A stretch of DNA of 64,000 bases from Pseudogymnoascus verrucosus (lineage: Eukaryota): the NCBI GenBank assembly GCA_001662655.1, contig KV460229.1; one strand, 5' to 3'. The notes below the pieces were generated by a model, which was not told where the DNA came from, made no database searches, and saw nothing but the letters and a program-made list of their open reading frames with translations. Position 1 is the stretch's first letter. Each line of letters opens with the position of its first letter. The position numbers and the translations under genes were made by a program. Positions 12,633 through 26,500 of this stretch are shown here, piece by piece.

Positions 12633-12897
12633 AATCTGGTTGTCGACTATAATATACAGCAGCATTAATTTTATGCATCCACAAGTGACCAAATAGAACA
12701 GGCAAGAATTTATTTGGTATCTTGTGCGCCACTGAAATCGCATCAATGGATTATCCCTGTCTATCTAGGATCCAAACATCCCATGCTGTCTATTTTAACT
12801 ATCTCATCAAAGCTCACTGTCGTGCGGTTTGGGAGGGGAGGCTGTTGAACGAGGATCAAAATCATGGAATGTAATGAATTCTTGAGCTATGAATAAG

Positions 12898-13848
12898 CTA
12901 CCGAATCCCCGTGCTATGGAGGACAGGCGGGACATGAACACAGTCCATCATTCTTCCGAGCATCGGCATGTTACTGTTGACCACTTGTAACGCGACCGCG
13001 AAGAGTGGCGAGGCTGGGACGATGGGCCAGACTACCTTTCTTGCCAGCTTTGAAGCGCATGCTCCCGTCAATTTGTTTCGGCGTTGAGTCTGTGAATGTT
13101 AGCTGATTGCCAAGTGCATTATTCTGATCATGCGTACCGTAGCCGGTGCTTTTTGGTCTTCTGTCCCTTCATCGCTCTTTGTGTTCGTTGCATCCTCTGC
13201 CTCGTTGCTGGCTGAAAGCTCGACCTTGTCCATGGCGTGTTCGCATGAAGCCACATCTGGTGTATTCCCCTCCGTACCATGAAGGCTCCTCTCACTCTTT
13301 GTATCCGAAGCAGCATTGGAGAGAGCGGTGGGGGCGGCATCAGAAGCATCAGAAGCAGCAGAAGTAGCTGCAGCATCAACATCCACATCAATCTCCACGT
13401 CCTCCTCACGCTCTTGCTCCTTTTCATATTCCTCTTCGTCTCCCTCTTCCTCGTCATCCACGTCGTATTCACCGTCATATTCCCCAAACATCCTCTCAAG
13501 TTTCTCAAGTTCCTCGATCTGTAACTCCTTCACGACATCGAGGTCGACTCGTAGCTCAGTAAGCGTCTGGGACGCGTCGGGATCATCAACCCGGGAATAA
13601 TGGCGATGTGTCTGGTCCCATAGTCTCTCAGCTTCGAGTCGGGAATCCTCTGCGTCGTTCCAGTTTGTAGAAGCTGCGCTGAGGAGGATCAAGGTCATGA
13701 TGCGGTGATATCTTGGGAGGTCGGGTTTTTGAAGGAGATCTTGCGCTGCAGCGATGCACTCTTCCTCTTTGTCGCCGTCGTTGTATAATGCCAGCGCCTT
13801 GTTGTATTCTCGGTCGAAAAACTGCATGACTTGGTCGCCACTATCCAT
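12898..13848 (-). CDS. Hypothetical protein with helical (TPR-like) N-terminus and acidic low-complexity region
   Basis: 249-aa ORF plus a likely intron (GTACGC...GCTAAC..CACAG, ~13090-13137) into a short last exon. The 3' end is approximate. Confidence 0.65.
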
Positions 13849-15155
13849 TGTGATTGATGTATAGTTTGATGACTTGTATGGGTAGTGAATCTTGGCGATG
13901 TGGAGATGTGGAGAATGTAAATGAGAAGAATGGTGCTGTGATGTATGTTTTGTTTGTTTTTAGTTCTTTTGTGTCGAATAATCCGCCTATGAACCTACAA
14001 GCCCCCCTTATACCCAAAATCTAGTCTTCGTAGTTACCAATGTCTATGACGGTTCTCAATTTACCCTCCAACTTTTTTCTTGCTCAAATTATTTCTTGCA
14101 CTAATCTACATTTCTCTGCCAGCATCTCCTCTGATACCAAACCGCTCTTCTCTCTCTCGCTATAAAACTAGATCGGCAGGGAATAGTAGACGCAAATAGA
14201 CAAAGGAAGTAGTGGTTAAAATTGTTCTACGGGATCGTTAAATCTGGAGTCGGATTCTAGCCGACTATAAAAAGAAGGCGACACAGCTGTCCAAAAAGAG
14301 CCAGTTCGTTACTACGAAGAAACATGGAGAAGAAGCGGAGAATAATCTCAAGGTTCCCTCAACTATCACAGGAGTCATAGCAAAACTATCTCTATCTTCC
14401 GCCAATACCACTACCACTTCTGAAGCCAATCCCCCATGCAATCCGTGATACCCTCCCACCAAGATCGAACATAAAGCGCTTCCAGGCATCGCTCGATAAA
14501 GATCTCCAGATAGTTCAAGGCGTACCGCATGAGTACCCTCCACAGAAGACACACTCTCAGCACATTCCCAAACATGAGATGCAGGATGGTCGTGACTATA
14601 AGGTGGTCAAGGATAGACTGGACCTGTACGAGGTTGTCCAAGAGGCCAAATTAATAGTCATAGTCTAGAGACTTGATATGCAAAACGAAAGTCATTTAAC
14701 TCGGCGTGCTCTTCAACTGTTCATGGTGCATTTTGAGGCTACACACAAAGAAAAGCGGAATGTGAAGCCTACAATGCGTTGTACCAACCATTTTGAGATC
14801 AGGATGTACCCAACACAAGACAAAGCTGCAACGATAGGTCGCATCGATTGGAGCATTCTCAACTGTTTGCTCTCTCCGATTGAAGAAGAGACTTGGGGTC
14901 AAGTGCTAAATCAGACAGGTTGAACAACGCAGCGTAGATTGTCAAACGTCAACTGGGCGTTCGTTGTATTAGTTGCTCGATTTACAAAGAAACCATTATT
15001 TAAACGGATGGTTTTATAATATTAATTAATTTTGCATAATTATTTTGTTCTCATATTATTCTCCCAACTTCATTCCCATTAGATTATAATACTCACCAAA
15101 TAAACTCCAAACCTCGTCCCATTAAATTATACGTTCGCTCCGAACCCCCCCCCTT

Positions 15156-16479
15156 TTACTTGCGGGCAGTCAACTCAGCCCACAAGTCCTCCACGTCACG
15201 GCCCATAATATCCATAATCTTATTCTCATCACGCTTGGTGACAAATGTAGCAGCCTTCTCGCGCTCAAGCTCGACTGTCACAAGTATTAGCATGGTCACT
15301 ACACACACTAGGTAGGTTTCGACTTACCATGGACATAAACCGCGGCTTTCTTGCCAGAGAACATGGCGTGAGGGACGTTTGTGGAGTTGTCAGAATTCAT
15401 ATCACCGACTGCGTAGATTCCAAAGGCATCAGTCCTCATGCTCCCTGGATTGACATTCGCCTTCTCCCCGTAGTACTTAACACCTAGCGGCTTGCCGATG
15501 TAAGAGCGTTGCACGGATGGGAAATTTGTGATAAATGCCGAGCGGTTGAGAGAGCCGCCGTCCGCAAAATGGACACGGAACTCATCGTACTCTTTCCGCT
15601 CTGTGACATCCTGAACAATAGCACCATCTTGTAGTCTCTCAATGCTAGTGATGGTGCGATTGTCGAGCTTAACACCATATCCCTTGAGCTGTTGCTGCCA
15701 TCCCGGGCGCCTCTCATTGAGCGTTTTCACGTTTGCGTCCGTATATGTTCCATTGAGTAGAGCCACAATATCGGAGTTTAATGTCGCAACTTCCAAGACA
15801 CTTCCAACCACATCCAGGAGAGATCCAAGAATACCAAAAGGTTGGTCTCGATGTTCATAGCCTATTAAGTGGAAACAGTAAATTAGACATGATACGCCAC
15901 AAGGGTAATGGGAATAACTTACCATCACACCAGGGGCACCAAAAAATGCCGCGTGACCAAGCCTCCTTAATGCCCGGGGTTTCGGGGAGAATGTCCCGGA
16001 GACCAGTTGCCAGGATGATCTTCCGGCTAGTGTAAGTCTGCCCGGAGTTGTCGGTTGTGAGAAAGGACGAGCCATTGTTCTGAGAGACGATTGAGATAGC
16101 AGTCCTGAACTTAATCTGGGCAGTATCATATCTCGATATTTGCTCACGGGCTAACCCCCTGAATTGTTCCGGAACAGTGCCTGTGCATTAAATTAGACTT
16201 GATATGATAATAGAGTAATGAGGGACACATACCATCGTTACCGATAACATCGTGCATATGACGAGTCTCGCCGTTTCTATATTCTTGACTATCCAGCAAC
16301 AATGCAGTCCTCCGAACGCGAGAGACACCACTGAGAGCACTCAGACCGGCGGGCCCTCCTCCGACAATGAGAACATCGAAGTCAGTTTTGACAATGCCTG
16401 GTGCACGAGGCAAAACCGAAGCCTGGCTAACAGCCGAGCACAGAGCAAGAGCAACAGCAGCGACTTTGAAAAACCCCAT
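15156..16479 (-). CDS. Secreted FAD-dependent thioredoxin-reductase-fold oxidoreductase (sulfhydryl oxidase / GliT-like)
   Basis: Signal peptide MGFFKVAAVALALCSAVSQA, Rossmann motif DVLIVGGGPAGLSA, redox motif WCPWCDG, GIYAVGD, three introns, and last exon ending ELTARK*. Confidence 0.9.
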
Positions 16480-17958
16480 TGTGAGACGGCGTGGTGATAA
16501 TATTAGGCGGTAGTATGCAATAGGCACGGAAATCTTCACTGCCTAAGAAGAGCTCCGCTACAAATGTCCCAGGGGCGGGACTTTATATGTGTAGTTCCTC
16601 TGCCCATCTCTTGCCTCGTTGTCCAATGTGAGACATCAGCTTGTCTCTTGTGGTGGTTTACCTCGATCTTCATCTCCGCTTGTGAGACTTGAGCCAATCT
16701 CTCCTTTTGAAAGGAGTCTCATTGCGGCCCAGTGCTAATGTTAAAGTGCTCAGCTTCATCATGCACAGTCGATCTGCGGTGTTCCCTGTCATTAATTGCC
16801 CCATAGTAGAGGGCGCGAGCTTTAGGAGCTTGGACTGCTTGTGCTTCCCCACTAAGATGAGGGGGGGATAAAGTAGCGGCTTGAGAAACTGTCCCCTATA
16901 TCTGAGTAAAGGTATACCAGAAGTTCTTAAGATTTTAGGAGCTTAGTACCCCTTGCATTAAGGCACTACTTTCATGCAGTAACACGTTGTTCAGTCTGAT
17001 TGCGTCCTCTGTGTTCCCGGCGCTTTTCACTTTGAGTAACAATGACCGCAATCTAATCCGCGTCGTCCTGTTCCAGCATACTGCTCCAGTTCCAGTCAGG
17101 CTGAGATGCAGTGACAATAGAGAGCAGGTGCATAAATATTAGATTTTGGCCCACCAAGAGGCAGCTGAGATTCAGACAAATATTAAGTTATTGTTTCTCC
17201 TTAACCAATGGCGATGATCGGTGTTCGTTGGGATGGAGCGATCGGCGGCGCCTCCCGACCCGTTCCTGCACTGATCGACATTTAATTCCAAGGTGCCGAA
17301 GGGTCCTTTAGGTGAACAATTTAAGCACTATAACGGTAATTCTGTAATAATAACCATATAAATCAAATTAAAACTATGGTGAATTCCTGGGAGATAATAA
17401 TTTCAACACTATGGGCAGACTGAACTGTCACTAACTAACGGCGCGTCGTCGCAAACCGCGGTCTCAACGACCCCTGTATAAACAACCAGAAAGTAAATAT
17501 CGTCTTGGCTGCATATAAGACATTCACCTCCCCATCGGGAAGTGGCCGAGGGTCCACATTAGCTTGTTCACCCACCAGAGCTTTAGAGTGGGGTTGAGCC
17601 AATGCCCAGTTCCTCAAGATGCTGCGCGGATTTGGTTTTTTTAGTAAGGACCCGCCGTTGACTTCCTGGCCCCGATGAGACGCGGGCCGGCCCTCGTGTG
17701 CTCGTTCTGGAATTGGGATCGCGACGTGTTTGTTTGGATTGTAGGGGATGTAGATCCTGTGCGTATAACGGCGGCATGGACGCGTTCTGGCCGTAGTGGT
17801 GATGCTAATGCTGGTATGGTTGTAGTTCTGTTACAAGATAACTTCACCGTTATGGGAATATACATCTTAATTGCCGACCAATTCATTTGGAGAATAGTAG
17901 GTGGGACACTAACTTTAATACAATCATCTCTAGTTGTTCAACCCCATCTATCGCCTTC

Positions 17959-19127
17959 TCAAATGCTTTCCACCTCCTTCTCATAAACCCCCTTCCACTC
18001 CACCCCCTCCCCCGCAACCGTCTCCCCCCCTCCATACCACAACCTCCCCTCCCTCAGCACCAACTCCTGATCAACCACCCACTCCAGCCCACCCTCCCCC
18101 CAATACGTCTCCTCAAGCCACTGATTTATCTTCTCAATCCCCTCCACCCACCTCTCCATCTTCTCCGTACTATCATGATCCTCCGCATAAATAAACCTCC
18201 CCAGCGTCGCATGCGCACTGGGAACCACATACCTACTCCCCACCTCCACGCCCGTGCCGGCCGTCAAGGCGAATAGATCGCGGCGCAGGTGGTGGTAGGA
18301 GTATTTCTCATCCGCGACGGGGACGAAACTCAGCGCTACGGCTGCGGCGTCGAAGGAGACGAGCGGCTTGATGAGGCGGCTGGGGGATTTGGTGGGGGCG
18401 GAGATGATGGTTGGGATGACGGGGCTGAGGGCCTTGATGAGCGGGGGGATAGCGGAGGGGGGACGCGAGTGCGTGATCTCTAGGAGGGTGATGTGCATAT
18501 TTTCCGGGGGCATGAGCCAGATACCTGGGAGGTGTTAGTGAGTGGTACTGAGGGAGGGAGCGGGGTACGCACGAGGTGAGATTTCCTTGAGTTTGGCTTG
18601 GATGGTGGCGGCGAGGGTGCGGACGTGGGGGGGTGGACGGCCCCAGAAGACGAGGCTGTTGCGGGGGTCGATGTAGCCGGGAGAGATGGTGGGGTCGACG
18701 CGGCGGAGGAGGATGCCGTCGAGGATTAGGCCGGGGAAGGTTGGGGAGAGGAGGTTTGCTTTTTGTTGGGCGTTGCGGGTTTGGCGGTGGTTGGAGTATT
18801 TTTGTTGGAGGAGGGCCTGGGGGGTGTTAGTAAGGGGATACGGATAGATTATGGGATAGAAGTTGAGTATAGAATAGGTGAGGCCTAGGAAACCTTGAAT
18901 ATTACACGGAAAAGAATATAATAATATAAATTCGATTGGAAGTCAAATCCGAAGACAGATGAGGGGCATCCTATGCGGGGTAACTTGGGGAAATATCAAC
19001 GAACCGGGTCATCATTGCAAGCCTCAATCAGTGCATCATAAGGATTCGAAAAGGCCGAGCTGTCCACTCCGGATAGGTCGACAAAGCTATTCTTTGCATC
19101 TGCGGATTCTAAGAGGACTGAAGCCAT
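17959..19127 (-). CDS. 2H phosphoesterase (LigT / cyclic phosphodiesterase superfamily)
   Basis: Three exons (MASVLL...NPYDALIEACNDDP / ...DPRNSLVFWGRPP... / ...MHITLLE...AHATLGRF) with two HxT motifs. Confidence 0.8.
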
Positions 19128-19547
19128 GTTGGAGTTGTGATATAGAAAAGGCGGGGTTGCCCGGCTTTGGGGTAATTTTCCAGAGGATGAGGTTTGAATG
19201 GGGAAAGAAACTTTATATAACTGGGCATGAAGGGACTATTAAATAGAAAGAGCGGTCCCCAGATCCTCAATTCTAATTCCAAAATCGAAATGCTGCCTCT
19301 AATATCGTAAATTAATACGGATTGCCATGAGCACTGCCACCATAATCTCTTCGGTTAAGTGGGGACCGTCCCAATCACCACAGAAGATGCTCGGTTCTAA
19401 CCCGACGACAAAACATTACTATCCTGCAAACGGATTTGGGGAACATGGAATGCTATTTTTGCGTAGAAAGGTGGAGACTTCATCGGCCAAAAAAACAGCA
19501 AAAAGAGCAAAAAGAAACAAAAAATATACGGTTGTATAATGAGGTAT

Positions 19548-19619
19548 TGAACCACACCCGATTTGAACGGATAACCTTTCGCTCTGGAGGCGAACGCGCT
19601 ACCGTTGCGCCAGCAGTCC
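19548..19619 (-). tRNA. tRNA-Trp (CCA), intronless
   Basis: Reverse complement is GGACTGCTGGCGCAACGGTAGCGCGTTCGCCTCCAGAGCGAAAGGTTATCCGTTCAAATCGGGTGTGGTTCA. It has an A-box, anticodon stem TTCGC/GCGAA with loop CTCCAGA, a GTTCAAATC T-loop, and downstream T-runs. Confidence 0.92.
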
Positions 19620-20577
19620 CGGTAAGTTGAAAGTGTGAGCTAACATAGCCTGATATAGCGTTGAAAGTTCGGTGTGATTTACCCCGCTATGTGACTCGGC
19701 GGGGAACGGATTCCCGAACTTCATCAGGCGAAGTTGGTAAGAAAGATCGAGGCAGAGTGTTCAAGATAGAAGACGTGTACAGAAGATCATACTTCTGATT
19801 ATATCAGAATCTTCATATTGCCCTCTCGCTCTCAATGTTCTCCTTCATCCCCATGTCTTTGCCAGTCGAGAGTCGAGAGGGGAAAATGTGTCGCCTAATT
19901 AACAAGGCGACAATAACCACTTTGTGCACGGACCAGGTCGCGTCGCGTCTCCAACCGATCAATTGGAAATTGCACCCCTGGCCGTGTCCGGATACCTGGA
20001 TCAGCGTCATCCATGGAACAAGGAGTGTGGCCCTTTGACTTTTTATTTTGCTTTGTTTCTTGTTAGTGAAGCACGTTTGTTCAAGGTTTTATATTCCCTT
20101 TCGGCAGTTCGCATTCCTCCCCGCTCTTTCCTCATAACAAAGGTGAGATATCTTTCTTTATCCCCGCCGCTGGCTGGAGCTTGGCAACCCTTCGGGGTCC
20201 CGCGGGAGAACATGCCAATTGTCAGGGTCTTTTTATACTGACAGATGTGGATAGTTCAAGATACCCTTTTGCTTCTTCCTCCGCGATTATCTGTGTAGCT
20301 TGTAGCTTTCTGTATCATAACAGTTGGACCTCTTGCTCCACTGATTGTTGTTTGCTTTGTACTGGCTCTTCTTCGGACTCGGTGAGTCCCCTTCTCCTCG
20401 ATGCGCCCAATACACACAAATGAAGTCCCCTGAGGCCCGGCCGCATTTCAATATCACTAGAACACCTTGGGGCGTATACTGACTTATTTAGAAGACCCCC
20501 GCATATGAAACCGTCGACATAACTGGCTCGACACGCCGGCCTCCAGGCCCGTAGTCAGCTACACAACTGCTCGAATA

Positions 20578-23500
20578 ATGTCTCGACTACAAGCCCGATC
20601 CCGCAATGCCGTCAACTCAGACTCAGAAGACGATTTGGCGTTGAAACCCCCGCCACGAAGACAAACTCGGTCCATCACAAACAGCCCGAAGAAGCCTTCA
20701 AGCTTGTCTCGGGAGAACCCGACCCCTGCTCAGGATGACGAGGCAGATGATGAAGACGAGGAGATAGACGTCTTGACAACCCAGTCACCAAGCGTCCGCA
20801 ACGCAAGGGCAAATGCGAGGACACCAAAATCGAGGGGTGTTTCTGCTCGGAAAACGCCCGTGGGAAGCGCCTCACAGCGCAAGAATGGCGGTAAAAGGCA
20901 GACCCCGAGCAAGAGTCAGGCCGCGGCGAGCAGCTCTCAAGCAGCCATACAGGTTGACTCGGACGTTTCAGACTCCGAGCTGATTGTGCCTGGGTTCCCA
21001 GAGGGGAGAAGGTGGCTTCACAGCGTGAGAAGTATGTACAGTGTGGTTGCTTAGTTTGTTCTGTTGTCGTTGGTCAGCGTGTATTCTTATCTGGTTCATG
21101 TTACTACACCTGATGGTGGGCAATTTTGGACTTGCATGGATCACAAGTGTGTCTCCATTGGTCCATGGTTGTTCTGGCAGGTGAACCATGTGGCAGTGAG
21201 TGAGGAGATGCATGGGTAGTCCCCAAGTTTCGGTCACTGCTGGTTTATAGGTTGTGCTTTGAAGGGCTGAAGATTGTGGCTGTTGTGAGAAATGTCCCCC
21301 TTGTCAAGATGCCCCTGGCTCTTAACTTCATGGAATGGAACGAAGTTGGCACCACAAATCACAGGCATAGACTTGCACATGTTACATGCGAAAGCTGTCG
21401 TGCAAGGGGATATTTTGTCATAGCCGCGCCTGCGTGATCCCATGGGTGTTTCCTGTCCAAGCTGAGTTGAGGGCAACTTGACAAAAGCCTTATTGGCGGA
21501 CGTCGCTAATTTCATATTCACTCCCTTTGTGGCTATTTCCGCAACCGACTTACTCCTTCACCCTTCAAAATTTCTTGCTTCCTCCACCCTTCCTTCACAC
21601 TCTTTTCAACCCGACACCTTGTTCCATTACTCTCTTTTCAACCTTTCATCTTGCTTCATTGCACTCTTTTCAATCCAAGACCTTGGTCCATCACACTCTT
21701 TTCATTCCAGCATCTTGCTCCATCACAATCTTTCCATCCAACACCTTGCCCCATCCACTCTTTTGAATCCATCATCTTGCTCCACCACTGTCTTTTCAAC
21801 CCAACATCTCGGTCATACTGGCCAAATACTTTCCTTTCACACGATAACTTTCATTGCTGTATTAACAAGGCTCGTGTGGAACCTGAAGCTTCGTGGAATT
21901 ACTACTGACATGCCGCACAGTGCCTATAAGGACACCGAATAAGCAACGCGCCATATCTGATTTCTTCAAACCACACACGCTTTTGCAAAAGAAACCCGCT
22001 GCACCCACCCTTGCTCCCACAGTCCCTACTACCATAGCCTCTGACAGCTCTCCTTCCAATCCACCAAGTGACGACGATCCCGACGATGCCCAATTGAGCT
22101 CCCCTGTTGCTATATCTCCTTTGGCTTCTCGCTCACCCAGCCCAAGTGGGTCATCTGCCATGGCAAACAAGAGGCCTGGTAGAGCTGCAGCTAAGAAAGG
22201 TAGGCTATTGTCACGCGTCCTCACCTCCCGCAAGGATGTAGACACAGACGAGCCAAGTGATGTATCCGACTTTGCTGTCAGCAACGAGTCATCCCAAGGA
22301 GAGTCATCGGACGTGGAGAGTGGTGAATCCTCGGCGTCACCCACTGGAGAGTCTTCTGGGGCTGAAAGCGGATTCGGCTCCCACCCACCACCAAAGAGGA
22401 GGAAGCGACTCACTGATGCGTCGTCACCACTGGCAAAATCTGCCCGTAAGTACTCTTTCCTGTCCGCATCTTTGTTCCTCAACTTACATTTACTAGCCAA
22501 ACAACTCGTCAGAAAGAGACGCGTCGAGAACAGGGACACTACCTTCAAAGGGGCCGATAGAGTGCTTTTCCCTGAGCTCAACAACATCAAGAACGATGAC
22601 GACAATGAGAATGAGGATGCCATGGAGGGCGTTCAGACAGAGGCCTCATCTGACACATCAAGGCGCGCCAAAGCGCCAAAGAAGAAACCCACTGGAACAC
22701 AGGTGATCAAGCCGGAGACATATGTCTACAAGAATGGTCTCGCCCTGCACGAAAAGCCGATCTCTAAAATTGAGGATATTTTTGCCGACATGACTGATCG
22801 GGCTTTGGCAAAGATGAGCAAGAGCAAAGATGATAAGACCTTCCTTGACTTCCTTGAGCACATGAATGGCAGAAAGCTTCGTGTTGCGACTATGTGTTCC
22901 GGCACGGAGAGCCCAATTCTGGCCCTGAACCTTGTCTCTGAAGCTCTCAAATCTCGTGGCCACAACTTCGAGATCGACCATAAGTTCAGTGCGGAAATTG
23001 TGCCCTTCAAACAGGCTTATATCGAGCGAAACTTTTCTCCCCCAATCATCTTCCGTGATATTAAGGAATTGTCTATCCCCGGAGCTGTCGATGCCACAAC
23101 CGCATATGGTAGTAAGGCGAAGATTCCCAATAATATCGATATCCTCATCACAGGATTCTCCTGCGTCGATTTCTCTGGCCTCAACTCTACAAAGAGAGTC
23201 ATTGAGGAGTGTGGTGAATCCGGCGACACATTCTTCGCTATGCGCGATTATGCCAGAATCTTCCGTCCAAAGATCATTATCTTGGAGAATGTGATGGGCG
23301 CACCTTGGCTGAGAATCAGTGACTACATGGCCGCGATTGGGTATGCCTGCAAGCATCATTTCGTGGACACCAAGAACTACTACGTCCCTCACACCCGCCA
23401 GCGTGGATACATGATGTGTATTGATATGTACGATAAAGTGAAGAACGATAAGCGTAACAACACGGAGAAGAAACTTGTCAAAGATTTGGAATTTGGAGAG

Positions 23501-26500
23501 TACATGAAAAAGTTTGGTCAGAACGCCATCGAGACATACAGCCGCAGGATGGACTTCTTCAAACGCCCAGCCAGCTCCTCGGTTGAGGCCTTCCTCCTCG
23601 ATGAGGATGACCCACGTGTCATCGCCGGCCGTGCAGAGATGACGAAAGGAAACGCCGTCGAAGGCAGAAAGAGAGTCGTCGACTGGACTCGTTGCCAGGG
23701 CCGCCACGAAGACTACCGCTTCCGCATGGGACTTGGAGCGAGACGCTATTTGACGAACTGGGAAGATGGAGGATCCTGCACCCCAAGAGACAACTGGTGG
23801 AACGACTGGTGGAAGGCACAAGTCGAGCGTATCTGGGATCACATGGAGATGTCGTATTTGCGAGCCATGGTTAGGGGATATGATCTGGAATACAAGTTCC
23901 GCATCATCGACTTCTCGCAGAATATCGATCGTTCTTTGGATACGGGAGGTTCTGGCCTCACGGGATGTGTCACTCCAACTGGTATCCCATACAGTTCTAT
24001 GCGTGGAGGCCCGCTGATCGGTGTCGAGGCACTCGCGTTGCAAGGTTTGCCTGTCGATTCATTGATTCTCACACGCGAGTCTCAGGCGAAGCTTCAAGAT
24101 CTGGCTGGGAATGCTATGAGCTCCACCGTCGTCGGAGCAGCTATTCTCTCTGCTCTGATCGCTAGATTCGACGTGTTCGAGCGCGGAGACGGCATCCAAG
24201 AAGCAAACGCAGCCCCGGAAATTACCCAGACTATCGACGATCCCAAGGCCAACTTTTTCACAACGAGATTCGATGCTCATGTCCCACTTTCCGCTGCCGC
24301 TGCCATCAAAGCTGCCAACCAAAGCTACCGCGCGTGCTACTGTGAAGGCCGCGCTGGCGTCACTGTTGCCGCCCTTCAGAAATGCAAGGCTTGTGGCCAC
24401 ACTACTTGCATCAAGTGTGGCGTTTCTCCAAAGCATGACTATGCCAAGTTCTCGCCAACTAGAATTGCACCTTCGGAATTTGAGCAACAGTTAAAGAATG
24501 CTCTGCCCATGAAGGTTCTACTTGCGGGCATTTCAATTGATGATATCATCGAGGCTCGCGAGGACAGCGGTATCTCATTCAGCACGGCTGATAAAAAGGC
24601 GTTCGAGCTCTCCAGGGACCATGTTGCGCAGGCTCTAGAGTCCGAGTTGCGATTCCACTCGCTGAAGAGAACCGAAATCTGGGTTGTCTCGTACGAATCG
24701 ACCTACTCTCGCCTGGATCTTGTATTCTTTTTGGGACATGCAGAATGGCGTTTGTACGCCAAACCTGACGTTGATCTACCTGCCAACGATGCTCTTCGCG
24801 AGGCTTTGCAATATCCAATCGCTCGAATGCGCCCTACTGGAGACGACCTTGTCACTGGACAGTGGCAGATCTGGATCCCGAAGGCATACAAGTTCAATGC
24901 ATCGGTTGAAGGTCTCGGTGTCCCTGTGCCATCATTCCACAATGTCGTTGGCATTGCAGCGGCGGCTGATTCGTTTGTGTTCCCGCAGTATGAGATTACT
25001 ATGCCTGTGGATGCTGAGGACTATCTTGAAGTTGATCTTAGCGGCGTTTATACACTGCAAGAAGACTGTGGTATGTCTCAAGGCTCTCTCCACGTGAAGG
25101 TCAATGCCGCCGATCCTGAGAAGCGAACCTTCCTCTTCCATGACCCAGATCGCCTTGGAAACCATGACGACGATACTTTTGTGTTTTCCGAGGATAAGAG
25201 ACGCCTGCAACATGGAGAAGTCCGATCCCGTTTTGCTCGTGTTGACAAGAAATGGAGACAACCCAAGTTTGAGATGTCTCTTGATGGAGGTGTTGAAGTC
25301 ATCAAGAAAGGCAACAAGAAATTGAGCGTGTCCCAGGCCCGTCATTTGGATCCGATGACTTGCTATGTGGATGGCCAGTGGCTTGATATTGAAAATGCCA
25401 GCTTAGATCTGGCTCATGGTACAGCCAGCGGACAGTTCAGCCGTGCTGCCGAGGACTTCTCTATCGTTACATCTCTCAATGACTGTTGTGAGGCTCACGT
25501 TGTGCTGCAATGCGAAGCCGCCCTCCCCGAAGGAGAGTTCTCCAAGTATAGAAAGGATCACTGGCTTGAGATTGGCGAACTAGAGCAGAAGCAGTTCTTC
25601 TCCGAGTATGCCTGGCTCACTGAGAAAGCTCGAACCATCCCCGGCCTCGACACTTGGCGCGAGATTGAGAACCAGCTCGCCAGCCATCGCTGTGCTACGT
25701 GCGCTCCAGCAATTCCTAACATGAAGTGGAGACTGGACGAGAAGAGGAAGATTGTTCCATTCGAGGATCCCACTGAAGCTGCCCCGTTCGAGATTGCCAT
25801 GAAGAGCCGACCTTCGCCTCTTGTCACCCAAGTTTGCATCGATGACGCCGGCATTGTCGACTTGAAGCTGGCAGTCAACCCACAGACTCTTATCCATAGA
25901 GCTGCCGCGAAATTGCTCGGCGATGATGCGACGAGTGCTACCCTGGAATGGCGCCTCGTCACCGATTATGTTGCCCCACCAAAGATGGTTTTCCCAGCTT
26001 TTGCTTTGAAGAACAATGACGGTGATAAGCCTTCGACGAACCCGCCTCGTTTCAAATTTACTCTTCGCCCTGAACAGCAGAGGTCTCTGCACTGGATGGT
26101 CCAGCAGGAGGGAGAGAACGTCGAGCCCTTCGTCGAGGAGGAAGTTGAGGAGGCTAGTATCCCACTTCTGGGCTGGCGCGCTGAAGGTCGGGCATCCAGA
26201 GCGAAGGTCATTCGTGGAGGTGTGCTTGCGGATCAAGTTGGTTACGGAAAAACCGTTACTACCTTGGGACTCATCGACATGCAACGAACTTCAGATGAGA
26301 AGTCATCCAAGGAGGACATTCATGGCTTGATTCCAATTAAGGCCACTCTCATTCTTGTCCCTTCGCAACTCCCCGACCAGTGGTACAGCGAGGTTAGGAA
26401 GTTTTTGCCTGGCAGCTACAAGGTAACGGTCTTGAAGTCACTTGCATCCGTTGATAAGTATAGCGTGGAGGACTTCCAACAAGCCGATATCATCATCGCA

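Noticed and set aside
14265..14923. Short overlapping ORFs
   Set aside because: No motifs or coherent exon chain, so probably intergenic.
17435..17900. Possible structured ncRNA (RNase P/MRP, snRNA) in a GC-rich intergenic stretch
   Set aside because: Conserved signature sequences were not found by eye. An Rfam/Infernal scan would be needed.
21598..21818. CRISPR-like array
   Set aside because: Units are contiguous and degenerate with no unique spacers, there are no cas genes, and the context is eukaryotic.
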